Source: Coriobacteriia bacterium
Lineage (GTDB): Bacteria > Actinomycetota > Coriobacteriia > Anaerosomatales > Anaerosomataceae
Direction of reading: 5' to 3'
Assembly (NCBI GenBank): GCA_034399355.1
Contig: JAXMMT010000032.1
Location: 3,593 to 67,592, forward strand
DNA: 64,000 nucleotides
Both the position numbers and the translations under genes were made by a program. A model generated the notes under the pieces. It saw only the letters and a list, made by a program, of their open reading frames with translations, ran no database searches and was not told where the DNA came from. This document shows positions 37,584 to 46,810 of the stretch, piece after piece (within the stretch, counting starts at the first letter, position 1; the number at the start of each line of letters is the position of its first letter).

Positions 37584-38474
37584 GTGGATCTGATGCTCGT
37601 ACTCAAGGCCGTCGTTGCGCTCAGTGTGCTTGGGCTCGTCACGTCCGCGGTTCTGTCCACGGCAGCCCGCAGATTCCATATCGACGTCGATCCTCGGGTG
37701 GAGGCTATCGCCGCGATCCTGCCGGGCTCCAACTGCGGTGCATGCGGCAATCCGTCGTGTTTTGTCGTAGCCGAGGGAATCGTCGCGGGCACGCTGTCAA
37801 CGAACGCGTGCGTAGCGGGCGGCCAGAGTTGTGCTGATGAGATTGCCGTGCTGATGGGCGCCGAGGCGTCCATCGTGGCGTCCGTCGTGTCGGTGCGCGG
37901 CTGCGGAGGCGGCACGAACGCCGAGCGCGCGTATGAGTACGGCGGAGTGCGTTCCTGCGTCGCCGTCACCCGTCTGGCGGGCGGATCGATTGTGTGCAGT
38001 GCGGGCTGTTTCGGTTATGGGGACTGCATGCGGGCGTGTCCGTTTGATGCCATCGTGATGGATGAACGCGGTCTGCCGACGATTGATCTCGATACATGTA
38101 CCGGATGCGGCATCTGCGTTCGTGAGTGTCCCCGTGGCGGAATCGGACTGCTTTCCCTCGTGACCGAGAATGCGCCCGTTGTTGTGCGATGCAACGCGCA
38201 CGACAAGGTGAAAGGGCGCAAGGCTGCGTGCTCAGCATGCTGCATAGCATGCAAGAAGTGCGAACGCTCCTGTCCCTCGGATGCCATCCATGTCGTCGAT
38301 ATGCTCGCGGTGATCGACTACGATAAGTGCACAGGCTGCGGTACGTGTGTTTCCGTCTGCCCGCAGAACTGTATCGACGTGCATGGTCGCTCCTCTGCCG
38401 TTCCGTCCGCAGCAGCGGACGGCAAAGGCAAAAACGCCCCCGGCTTCCACGCCGAGGGCACGGCGGCGGAGTAG
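37584..38474 (+). CDS. rnfB: Rnf complex subunit B with polyferredoxin extension
   Basis: N-terminal TM helix, CGACGNPSC cluster and several CxxCxxCxxxCP motifs. Confidence 0.85.
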   Translation: MDLMLVLKAVVALSVLGLVTSAVLSTAARRFHIDVDPRVEAIAAILPGSNCGACGNPSCFVVAEGIVAGTLSTNACVAGGQSCADEIAVLMGAEASIVASVVSVRGCGGGTNAERAYEYGGVRSCVAVTRLAGGSIVCSAGCFGYGDCMRACPFDAIVMDERGLPTIDLDTCTGCGICVRECPRGGIGLLSLVTENAPVVVRCNAHDKVKGRKAACSACCIACKKCERSCPSDAIHVVDMLAVIDYDKCTGCGTCVSVCPQNCIDVHGRSSAVPSAAADGKGKNAPGFHAEGTAAE

Positions 38475-38483
38475 CTGATCAGG

Positions 38484-38846
38484 ATGACTCGAAGCGACCG
38501 CATACTGGCGCTCGTGATCGGTGTACTGGCCGTGGTGGCTATTCCTTTGATTGCTGCTGCGTCGGTTCAGGGTGGCGATAGTGTAGTAGTGACAGGTCCT
38601 GGTGGACGAACGGTCCTCGAACTCGGAGTCGATAGGACCGTGGTCGTTGACGGGCTGTGCGGCGGCGTTGTTGTCCAGGTGTCTCAAGGTTCTGTGCGCG
38701 TGACGGACTCTACGTGTCCGGACAGAGTGTGCGTGCACAGCGCTGCCGTCGACTCTCACGGTGGTGTCATCGCCTGCGTGCCCAACGGCGTGACGGTCGT
38801 TGTCTGTGGCGATGGAGAGCGAGGTCTCGATGCGGTCGTCCGCTGA
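38484..38846 (+). CDS. NusG domain II-containing (DUF1312) membrane-anchored protein
   Basis: N-terminal TM helix, then DSTCPDRVCVHSAAV...GGVIACVPNGVTVVV, characteristic of the NusG_II family. Confidence 0.65.
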   Translation: MTRSDRILALVIGVLAVVAIPLIAAASVQGGDSVVVTGPGGRTVLELGVDRTVVVDGLCGGVVVQVSQGSVRVTDSTCPDRVCVHSAAVDSHGGVIACVPNGVTVVVCGDGERGLDAVVR

Positions 38847-39378
38847 GGTATCGCCGCGCCTGCGCACCGTGTCTACGGTCGCTTCCCGGCGTGTGGCCCT
38901 CGGGGGCATGCTTCTGGTGTGCGCGGTCGCGCTTGGACTTATCGAATCCTGGTTGCTGGCCTGGTCCCCTGTGCCGTGGCTTCGGCTGGGCCTCGCAAAC
39001 ATTGCCGTGGTAGTGGCGCTCTCGTGCATCGGTCCCCGCTCTGCGTTCACGGTGAGTCTTTTGCGCGTGGCACTCGTGGGTGTAGCTGCGGGCACGCTGT
39101 TCGGGCCGGGTACGCTACTTGCGGTGTCTGGCGCGGTGTGTGCTTTCGGAGCGATGGTAGCTGTGCGGGCTGCAGGGCCGCGCTTCTCGGTAGTCGGTTG
39201 GTCGATTGCCGGCGCATCAGCCCACGTCGTCGGTCAGTTCGTTGCAGCAGCGGTTGTCACCGGCTCGCCTGCGCTCCTCTCTCTCGTTCCCCTGTCGGTT
39301 CTTGCGAGCCTCTTCCTCGGCGTCGCGACCGGGCTTATTGCCCGGCCCCTCATCTCCCGCGTGATGTCCGCGGCCTGA
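38830..39378 (+). CDS. Gx transporter family protein (heptaprenyl diphosphate synthase component I-like)
   Basis: Multi-TM, with LIESWLL...PWLRLGLANIAVVVAL typical of this family. Start ATG 38830 overlaps the preceding gene. Confidence 0.6.
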   Translation: MRSSAEVSPRLRTVSTVASRRVALGGMLLVCAVALGLIESWLLAWSPVPWLRLGLANIAVVVALSCIGPRSAFTVSLLRVALVGVAAGTLFGPGTLLAVSGAVCAFGAMVAVRAAGPRFSVVGWSIAGASAHVVGQFVAAAVVTGSPALLSLVPLSVLASLFLGVATGLIARPLISRVMSAA

Positions 39379-39394
39379 GAAGAGAAGGGGGCGC

Positions 39395-40060
39395 TTGATG
39401 GCGCCACGACTGCTAGGAAGATCGATCGACGCTCGGACACTCGTGCTTGAGGGGCGCGCCGATTCCGTCGCTGACGCCGCTTTGATCTCGGTCGTGCTCG
39501 GTTGTTCCGAGGAAGAGGTCGTGCGAGACATCCTCGTAGAGTATCCGATGCCGGACGCGCTCTGGCGGGTCTCGGCGGAGGACTTGACGTCACGTCACGG
39601 TGTTGGTCCCGCAGCAGCAGCTCGTCTCTTGGCTTCGTTGGAGATGGGCCGCCGGTGGGCTTCGTGGCCGGGTAGCAAACGTCCTGTGATCGCTACTCCC
39701 GAGGACGTGGTGCGCATCTGTGGCCCGCAGTTCAGAGGACTCGATCGTGAGCACTTCTGGGCGTTGGCTCTTAACACGAAGAACCAGCTGGTGCGTATCG
39801 TGGAGGTCTCAATAGGCAGTCTGAACGCGTCGATCGTCCATCCGCGTGAGCTGTACAAGGAGGCAATCCGCCTGTCGGCGGCCTCGATCGTTGTCGTGCA
39901 CAACCACCCGAGTGGGGACCCCACACCGTCGAGTGCTGATCTGCAGCTGACGCGCAGGCTCATCAAGGCGGGTGATGTGATAGGTATCGAGCTTCTCGAC
40001 CACGTGATTATCGGAGACGGTGGCGCGCACGCCAGCATTCGAGATCTCGGTCTTATGTAG
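39395..40060 (+). CDS. radC: RadC-family JAB/MPN domain protein
   Basis: JAMM motif HNHPSGDPTPSSADLQLT and an N-terminal HhH-like region. Confidence 0.85.
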   Translation: MMAPRLLGRSIDARTLVLEGRADSVADAALISVVLGCSEEEVVRDILVEYPMPDALWRVSAEDLTSRHGVGPAAAARLLASLEMGRRWASWPGSKRPVIATPEDVVRICGPQFRGLDREHFWALALNTKNQLVRIVEVSIGSLNASIVHPRELYKEAIRLSAASIVVVHNHPSGDPTPSSADLQLTRRLIKAGDVIGIELLDHVIIGDGGAHASIRDLGLM

Positions 40061-40261
40061 GCAAACACATACAACGACCTGCGGTGTTGTTATACTGGTC
40101 GCGAGCTTCGACCGGACGATGCGGGGTGCTGTGCTAGACTTGCCACGATGTGCGGACGCGACCGCGCGGCAGCGGACGGTTGCCGCGCGTTCTTTTGCTT
40201 ACCCAGTAAGATGGGCCGAGCGCTTGCGACGACGGTGTCGCGGCGTCGAAAGGAGAGCGAC

Positions 40262-41302
40262 TTGTCGCTTGTAGATATGTTCTTCAACTCCTGGGGCGGC
40301 GATATGGCCGTTGACCTCGGCACGGCGAACACGCTCGTGTCAGTTCGTGGTCGCGGCATTGTGCTGATCGAGCCGTCAGTCGTTGCCGTAGAGAAGGATA
40401 CGAAGCGGGTGCTCGCGGTGGGCATCGACGCAAAGCGCATGCTCGGTCGGACGCCCGGGTCCATTGTCGCCATTCGGCCGCTCAAAGACGGCGTCATCGC
40501 CGACTTCGAGGTGACCGAAGCGATGCTACGGTACTTCATCAACAAGATGCGCGTGAAGCGCTTCCCGTGGCAGCCCAAGCCGCGTGTGGTCGTGTGCGTC
40601 CCGTCCGGCGTGACCGAGGTCGAGAAGCGCGCCGTGTTTGAGGCGACCATGCAGGCAGGCGCTCGCAGCGCCTACCTGATCGAGGAACCGATGGCCGCGG
40701 CGATCGGCGCCGGTCTGCCTATCCAGGAGCCTACTGGCAATATGGTCGTCGACATCGGTGGCGGTACGACAGAAGTGGCCGTCATCTCGCTTGGCGGCAT
40801 TGTCGTGGCACAGTCCATCCGCATCGGCGGCGACGAGTTCGACGAAGCGATCATCGCGCACATCAAGAAGGAGTACAACGTCCTGATCGGTGAACGTACC
40901 GCCGAGGAGATCAAGATTGAGATCGGGTCAGCGTTCCCACTGGCCGATGAACTTGATGCCGAAGTTCGCGGACGAGACCTCTTGACGGGTTTGCCCCGCA
41001 CGATACAGCTCTCCTCCGAGGAGATCCGTACGGCGGTTGAGGAGCCCACCGCTGCTATTGTCGCCGCAATCAAGGGCACACTCGAGAAGACGCCGCCAGA
41101 GTTGGCCGGTGACATTATGGAGTACGGAATCGTTCTGACCGGCGGCGGCGCGCTTCTGAAGGCCATTGATGATCGCTTGCGCTATGAGACCGGAATGCCC
41201 GTGCACGTTTCGGAGAACGCACTTATCAACGTCGTGCTCGGTTCGGCCATGGCCCTGGAGGAGATCGACGTCCTCAAGAAGGTCCTCACGGTCTCGCGGT
41301 AG
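40262..41302 (+). CDS. mreB: rod shape-determining protein MreB
   Basis: Actin-fold motifs [22 protein letters not shown] and [11 protein letters not shown] 40262 has AAGGAGAG just upstream; ATG 40277 is an alternative. The track 5' extension is rejected. Confidence 0.9.
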   Translation: MSLVDMFFNSWGGDMAVDLGTANTLVSVRGRGIVLIEPSVVAVEKDTKRVLAVGIDAKRMLGRTPGSIVAIRPLKDGVIADFEVTEAMLRYFINKMRVKRFPWQPKPRVVVCVPSGVTEVEKRAVFEATMQAGARSAYLIEEPMAAAIGAGLPIQEPTGNMVVDIGGGTTEVAVISLGGIVVAQSIRIGGDEFDEAIIAHIKKEYNVLIGERTAEEIKIEIGSAFPLADELDAEVRGRDLLTGLPRTIQLSSEEIRTAVEEPTAAIVAAIKGTLEKTPPELAGDIMEYGIVLTGGGALLKAIDDRLRYETGMPVHVSENALINVVLGSAMALEEIDVLKKVLTVSR

Positions 41303-41319
41303 ACTGGGAGGCGGATGCC

Positions 41320-42183
41320 ATGAAGGTCACTCTGCAGGACTCGAAACGCGGCAACCCCGTGTTGCTTATCGCGCTGATCGTGGCGTCGCTTGTCCTGGTG
41401 ACCGTGTACTTCCGCGAGGGAGACAGTGGCATCGTTCACAAGATGCGGAGCGGGGTGCTCGAAGTCGTCGCTCCGCTCGAGAAAGTCGGCGATGCGATCG
41501 CATCGCCGTTCGAAGCGATGGGCGGATGGTTCTCGAATCTCGCCGTCTCGCGCGAAGACCTCGATGCGCTGCGCGCTCAGAACGATGAGCTGCGCGCGCG
41601 TTTGGCCGAGCTCGAGGAGGCGCGCCAGGAGAACGAGCGTTTGCGACAGCTCGTCGAGTTTGCCGAGGAGCGCAAGTTCACCAAACTCGGGGCGCGAGTC
41701 ATCGGTCGACCGACAAGCTCGTGGGACGGCGTCATCACCATCGACCGCGGTTCGGTCGACGGTGTCGAGGCGGGTATGTCCGTGCTTGCGCCGCAGGGGC
41801 TTCTCGGCCAGGTGTTCGAGGTATCGAGTCATGCGGCCAAGGTACGGCTCATTACTGATCAGCGCAGCGGCGTTGCGGCGATGGTGCAATCCACACGTGT
41901 GACCGGTGTCGTGAAGGGCTCTATCGATGGCGGGCTGACGCTCGATTTCGTCTCCACCGAAGAGGCGCCGGTCGCCGGCGATGTGATCATCACCTCCGGC
42001 TTGGGCGGCGTGTACCCGAAGGGGCTTGTGGTAGGCGATGTCGTCTCGGTTGAAGAGCGCCGAGGTGCGCTGTTCCCGCGTATCAAGCTGGTATCGCGAG
42101 TCGTGGTTGGACAGCTCGAGGAAGTGCTGATTCTAGTAGGTGTGGTCGTTGAGGCCGACGCGAAAGGCGGAGATGGCGAGTGA
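41320..42183 (+). CDS. mreC: rod shape-determining protein MreC
   Basis: N-terminal TM helix, coiled coil (LRAQNDELRARLAELEEARQENERLRQL) and beta-barrel domains (VITSGLGGVYPKGLVVG). Confidence 0.85.
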   Translation: MKVTLQDSKRGNPVLLIALIVASLVLVTVYFREGDSGIVHKMRSGVLEVVAPLEKVGDAIASPFEAMGGWFSNLAVSREDLDALRAQNDELRARLAELEEARQENERLRQLVEFAEERKFTKLGARVIGRPTSSWDGVITIDRGSVDGVEAGMSVLAPQGLLGQVFEVSSHAAKVRLITDQRSGVAAMVQSTRVTGVVKGSIDGGLTLDFVSTEEAPVAGDVIITSGLGGVYPKGLVVGDVVSVEERRGALFPRIKLVSRVVVGQLEEVLILVGVVVEADAKGGDGE

Positions 42184-42692
42184 ACCGTTTCTGGGTGACA
42201 GCCGGCGCAATCCTCGCTGCGATCATCGCGCAGGTCGCGTTCGCGCCACACGTCGCGCTGCTCGGAGTGGTTCCCTGCTTCCCGGTGCTGGTCGTCATCA
42301 CGCTCGCAGTCGTGGAGGGCCCTGAAGTGGGCGCCGTCTCCGGCTTCGCCGGGGGGTTGGCACTCGATCTTCTCGGAACTTCCCCGGTCGGCGTGTGGGC
42401 GCTCGTTCTTGTCGTGGTCGGCTACCTTGCCGGTCTTCTGCAGGAGAACATCTTCGCTGAGGGATGGCTGATGCCGGTCACCGTGGCCATCGTTGCCGGG
42501 ATACTCGCCGAGCTGTCGTACCTGGTTGTGCTGCAGGTGCTCGGGTCCGGTCCTGCGTTCTGGCAGTCCGTGTGGACCGTGGTGTTGCCACGCGCCGTGT
42601 ATAATACCGTGCTGGCTCTGCTGTTGTACCCCTGGTTGGCGCGCTTCTTGCGTTCCGACCGGTCAATGAAGTCGTTCCGTCGGTTCGCATGA
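42180..42692 (+). CDS. mreD: rod shape-determining protein MreD
   Basis: 170-aa polytopic membrane protein, overlapping the mreC stop and in the conserved position. Confidence 0.7.
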   Translation: MNRFWVTAGAILAAIIAQVAFAPHVALLGVVPCFPVLVVITLAVVEGPEVGAVSGFAGGLALDLLGTSPVGVWALVLVVVGYLAGLLQENIFAEGWLMPVTVAIVAGILAELSYLVVLQVLGSGPAFWQSVWTVVLPRAVYNTVLALLLYPWLARFLRSDRSMKSFRRFA

Positions 42693-42747
42693 TCCGCTGG
42701 TCAGTGTGCGGCGTTCGTGGCGGGTTTGCCTCCGGGAGTTGCTCTCT

Positions 42748-44670
42748 ATGAGTACGTACCGTCAGGAACTCAAGTCGCGTTTCGCGGCACTTGGCATCGT
42801 TGTCATCGTCGTACTGGCTGCGCTGCTCGTACGCCTGTGGACCATGCAGGTATTGCAGGGCGAGTCCTATGCAGCGCAGGCCGAGAACAACCGCGTGCGC
42901 GAAATATCGCTGGACGCGCCGCGCGGCTGTATCTACGACCGCAATGGTGTGCCGCTGGTGGTCAACCGTGCCGCTCTCGCGGTGAGTATCGACCCATCCG
43001 AGGACAGCGTGCGGCTTCTGCTGATTCGCTTGCAGAATTCCGACAGTAGCGATGACCCCACAAAGCGGGAGATCGAGGAGCGCTTTGGTGCGCTCGGCGA
43101 TCTTGTCGGCATGACGGCTTCCGAGGTGTGGGAGAAGGTCTCGGATACCCGCGTTGAAGCACTGCGTCCGAGGGTCGTAGCGGTCGATGTGTCCATCGAG
43201 GTTGTCTCTCAACTTGCCGAGCGACAGACGGATTTCCCCGCTGTACAGGTCGATGAGGTTGCTCTGCGGGAGTACCCGCAGGGTGATCTTGCGGCACATC
43301 TGCTCGGCTACACCGGCGAGATCTCGGAGGAGGAGTTCGCTGGCAGCGACGCGAGTGCCGGTTACGAGCTCGGCGACATCGTGGGGAAGACGGGTGTCGA
43401 GGCGCAGTACGAGAACGTCTTGCAGGGCGACAAAGGCTGGCGCCGCATTGAAGTGAACGCATCCGGCAAGGCGCAGCGGGTCGTGAGCGAGCAGCAGCCT
43501 ATTCCCGGGCGAGACGTCAGACTCACCATCGATATCGAGGTCCAGCGTGTGGCCAGGGAGGCGCTCTCTGACGCGTTCGCCGAGGCGCATCGTCAGGGCT
43601 TCCCAAGCGCGAAGGCCGGTGCTGCGGTCGTCTTGGACCTTCAGACCGGGGAGGTTATCGCCATGACGAGCGCTCCCATATATGACCCGTCGATCTTCCT
43701 CGGACCAATTTCGAACGCGGTGTGGCAGAAGCTGACGGATGAGGCGAGTGAATACCCGATCAACAACAGGGCCATCATGTCGGCGTATCCGCCAGCATCG
43801 ACGTTCAAGGTCATCACGGGTCTGGCGGGCCTCGAATATGGGGTGACCTACGAGAACAAGATGTACACGTGCCGGGGTAAGTGGACAGAGATGGGCGAGC
43901 AGTGGCCGAAGTGGTGTTGGAACCACTCTGGTCATGGGACGATCTCGTTTCGCACAGGCATCGAGAAGTCCTGCGACACCGTCTTCTACGAGATCGGTTA
44001 CGAGTTCTACAAGCGCAAGCAGGAGGAGTTGCAGGCGATGGCCCGCAGCTTCGGTTTGGGAGCGAAGCTCGGCATAGACCTTCCTGGCGAGGTCGGGGGC
44101 CGCATTCCTGATGCCGCGTGGAAGGAAGAGTTCAATGCGAACTACCCGGAGTACCAGATGTGGCTCCCGGGGGACACGGTCAACATGGCCATCGGTCAGG
44201 GAGACCTGCTCATGTCGCCCCTGCAGTTGGCCGCCGTCTACGGTGGGATTGGCAACGGCGGCAAGGTCATGACCCCGCACGTGCTGCTGGAGGTGCTACC
44301 GGGGGTGGGCGAGGATGCGAAGCCCTACGAGCCGACGGTCGCGGCAACCGCCGACGTGAGTGATGCGAGTCTCGCTGTCATGAAGCGCGCGCTGGTCGAT
44401 GTGATCACCGAAGGTACGGGTCAAGGTTCGTTCCGCGGCTTCGGGGAGACAGTCGCGGGCAAGACGGGTACCGCTGAGGTGGCTGGCAAGGACGACTATG
44501 CGTGGTTTGCGGCGTTCGCTCCGGCCGGACAGCCTCGGTACGCTGTTGCTGTCGTGATCGAGCAGGGTGGACATGGCGGGTCGGTCGCAGGCCCCGCCGC
44601 GCGACAGATACTCGCGCAGCTCTTCGGCCTAAAGGTCGAGCAGGTCCACACGACTGACGAGTCGAGGTAG
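42748..44670 (+). CDS. mrdA: penicillin-binding protein 2 (elongasome transpeptidase)
   Basis: PBP dimerisation domain plus transpeptidase motifs STFK, SGHG(SxN-like) and KTGTA. Start at ATG 42748. Confidence 0.85.
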   Translation: MSTYRQELKSRFAALGIVVIVVLAALLVRLWTMQVLQGESYAAQAENNRVREISLDAPRGCIYDRNGVPLVVNRAALAVSIDPSEDSVRLLLIRLQNSDSSDDPTKREIEERFGALGDLVGMTASEVWEKVSDTRVEALRPRVVAVDVSIEVVSQLAERQTDFPAVQVDEVALREYPQGDLAAHLLGYTGEISEEEFAGSDASAGYELGDIVGKTGVEAQYENVLQGDKGWRRIEVNASGKAQRVVSEQQPIPGRDVRLTIDIEVQRVAREALSDAFAEAHRQGFPSAKAGAAVVLDLQTGEVIAMTSAPIYDPSIFLGPISNAVWQKLTDEASEYPINNRAIMSAYPPASTFKVITGLAGLEYGVTYENKMYTCRGKWTEMGEQWPKWCWNHSGHGTISFRTGIEKSCDTVFYEIGYEFYKRKQEELQAMARSFGLGAKLGIDLPGEVGGRIPDAAWKEEFNANYPEYQMWLPGDTVNMAIGQGDLLMSPLQLAAVYGGIGNGGKVMTPHVLLEVLPGVGEDAKPYEPTVAATADVSDASLAVMKRALVDVITEGTGQGSFRGFGETVAGKTGTAEVAGKDDYAWFAAFAPAGQPRYAVAVVIEQGGHGGSVAGPAARQILAQLFGLKVEQVHTTDESR

Positions 44671-44672
44671 CG

Positions 44673-45815
44673 GTGGACAAGACTCCCTACAGGCGCTTTC
44701 GAAACGCCGTTAACCTGCCTCTGGCGGTCGGGACAATCGCGCTGCTCGTGTATGGCACCATCATGGTCGCGTCGGCCACGACCGGCATGGACGGCGGTAT
44801 GCTGCGCAGGCAGCTCATAGGCATCGCGCTCGGCATGGTGCCGCTTGGTGTTGCCTGGCTGCTGGACTACAAGCTCCTGAAACACTGGACGGGCCCTTTG
44901 CTGGTGGCGCTAAGTATCCTCCTGATCAGTCCGCGCATTCCCGGTCTGGGTTATGAGGTTGGTGGCGCCGCATCGTGGCTGCAGGTCTTTGGTGTCCGCC
45001 TCTTCCAGCCTTCGGAGCCGGCAAAGCTCATCTTCATCGCGGTAATCGCAACGGCCGTGGCTGATTTCAAGGGGCATATCGAAAAACCGCGGGACATGCT
45101 GCGCGTGTTCTCGTATGTCGCTCTTGCGCTGGTGCTTATCCTCTTACAGCCCGACCTCGGTACGGGCCTTGTGTTCGTTGCGATCACGGCGGGCATACTG
45201 CTCGTCGGCGGGCTCAGGGCTCGCTGGTTCCTTGTGTTCGGGTTGGCCGCTGCCGTGACGGTTGCCGGCATACTGCTCGCTGACTCGGCGTTGGACACTA
45301 TGGCGGGCAAGGACGTGGCGCTCAAGGACTACCAGAAGGACCGCCTGCTCGTGTTCGTGGACAATACGCGTGATCCGCAGGGAGCCGGGTACAACCTTGC
45401 ACAGTCCAAGATCGCCGTCGGTTCAGGCGGGATCTCCGGCAAGGGTCTGGCCGCGGGCACGCAATCCAACCTGCACTTCCTGCCCGAGCGGCACACTGAC
45501 TTCATCTTTGCGGTGCTCGGGGAGGAACTCGGCTTCATGGGCGCAGTGATTCTTCTCGGCCTGTACCTTGCGCTGCTGATTAGCGCGCTCGCAATCTCGA
45601 CATCTTCACGCGACCTGTACGGTGCGCTGATATGTGCGGGTATCATCAGTATGTGGGCGTTCCAGATACTGGAGAACATCGGCATGACCATCGGTATGAT
45701 GCCGATCACTGGCATCCCGCTGCCGTTCATGAGCTTCGGCAGCTCGGCCATGGTCACAAACCTTGGTGCCGTGGGGATGCTCTTGTCAGTCTGGTCGCGT
45801 CGGTACGGGACCTGA
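44673..45815 (+). CDS. rodA: SEDS-family peptidoglycan polymerase RodA
   Basis: FtsW/RodA/SpoVE family (QPSEPAKL, TDFIFAVLGEELGF, ITGIPLPFMSFGSS). Follows mrdA. Confidence 0.85.
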   Translation: MDKTPYRRFRNAVNLPLAVGTIALLVYGTIMVASATTGMDGGMLRRQLIGIALGMVPLGVAWLLDYKLLKHWTGPLLVALSILLISPRIPGLGYEVGGAASWLQVFGVRLFQPSEPAKLIFIAVIATAVADFKGHIEKPRDMLRVFSYVALALVLILLQPDLGTGLVFVAITAGILLVGGLRARWFLVFGLAAAVTVAGILLADSALDTMAGKDVALKDYQKDRLLVFVDNTRDPQGAGYNLAQSKIAVGSGGISGKGLAAGTQSNLHFLPERHTDFIFAVLGEELGFMGAVILLGLYLALLISALAISTSSRDLYGALICAGIISMWAFQILENIGMTIGMMPITGIPLPFMSFGSSAMVTNLGAVGMLLSVWSRRYGT

Positions 45816-45844
45816 TACGCCTGCCGAAGAGGAGATGATACGAC

Positions 45845-46810
45845 ATGGCGACACTGCCGGTTGACCTAAGAGACCTGCTGAAAGCTGGCAAACGACTGAG
45901 CCAGGACCGGGACCTGCCGGTTCGCATCGCGGTGCTTATCGAGTTGGATGCGACGGATGAACTCATCGACGAGCTTCGCACGCAGTTGCGCCCGCGCACG
46001 AGTGGCGCCGCACTGCAGATCGAGGTCATCGAGCCCGGGAAGATGGTGCAGTTGGTCACCGACACTGACGCGGTGGTGTTCGTTTCCGGCAGCGGCACTG
46101 CCGGGCTTACGGAGGCGATCGGCGTTCCCCGCCGGGCCGGCGTTGCCGCTGTGGTCGTGGGTCTGGGCGATGAGGCGCACGGCGACCGGCTGGCGGACCT
46201 GCTGCTGCAGCCCCTTGCGGATCTCATCGTGAAGTCGGACGTCGCGGAGGCCGTGGAAGGCCTGGGTGCCTGGCTTGCTGAGAAACTCCCGTCGAAGCGC
46301 CTCGCGCTGGCGCACAACTTCCCGTTCATGCGTCGAGCGGTGGCCGGAGAGGCCGTCAAGACGACCGCATGGCAAAACGGCCTCATCGGGGCGGTTGCCA
46401 TTATCCCAGGCGCCGACATGCCGCTCATGACGGCGAACCAGGCCAAGATGCTGCTGCAGATCGCAGCGGCCTACGGCGAGACGCTCGGTGCCGACCGCAT
46501 CAAGGAGCTCGCGGTGATAGTTGGAGGAGGTTTCACCTTCCGCGCGATCACCCGGCAGCTGCTCACCGTGGTGCCCGTCATGGGTTGGGCGGTCAAAGCC
46601 GGCGTTGGCTTCGGTGGAACCATCACGATGGGGAGAGCTGCCATCGCGTACTTCGAAGAGGGCGCTGATCTAGTGCAGGTAGCTGCGAAGCTGAAGGCCG
46701 GAACCGCAGCGCGTTTTCCGAGGGTACGCCACGCGGAGCTGAGCGCTGCGACCGCGGTGCAGCCCGAGCTACCGCTTACCATCCCGAGCGTGGAGACTGC
46801 CGTTGAGTGA
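45845..46810 (+). CDS. DUF697 domain-containing protein
   Basis: The C-terminal half (IIPGADMPLMTANQAKMLLQIAAAYG...GWAVKAGVGFGGT) matches the DUF697 pattern. The N-terminal half is not recognisable. Confidence 0.55.
   Translation: MATLPVDLRDLLKAGKRLSQDRDLPVRIAVLIELDATDELIDELRTQLRPRTSGAALQIEVIEPGKMVQLVTDTDAVVFVSGSGTAGLTEAIGVPRRAGVAAVVVGLGDEAHGDRLADLLLQPLADLIVKSDVAEAVEGLGAWLAEKLPSKRLALAHNFPFMRRAVAGEAVKTTAWQNGLIGAVAIIPGADMPLMTANQAKMLLQIAAAYGETLGADRIKELAVIVGGGFTFRAITRQLLTVVPVMGWAVKAGVGFGGTITMGRAAIAYFEEGADLVQVAAKLKAGTAARFPRVRHAELSAATAVQPELPLTIPSVETAVE

Noticed and set aside
42478-44280. 600-aa minus-strand ORF opposite mreD/mrdA. Similar long antisense or alternate-frame ORFs occur at 7712..8872, 4338..5327, 25751..26683, 56708..58048, 14032..14769 and 48939..49787.
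   Set aside because: Their products are Arg/Pro/Gly/His-rich low-complexity sequences with no motifs. They fully overlap genes with clear family signatures. Long stop-free antisense frames are expected in high-GC DNA.
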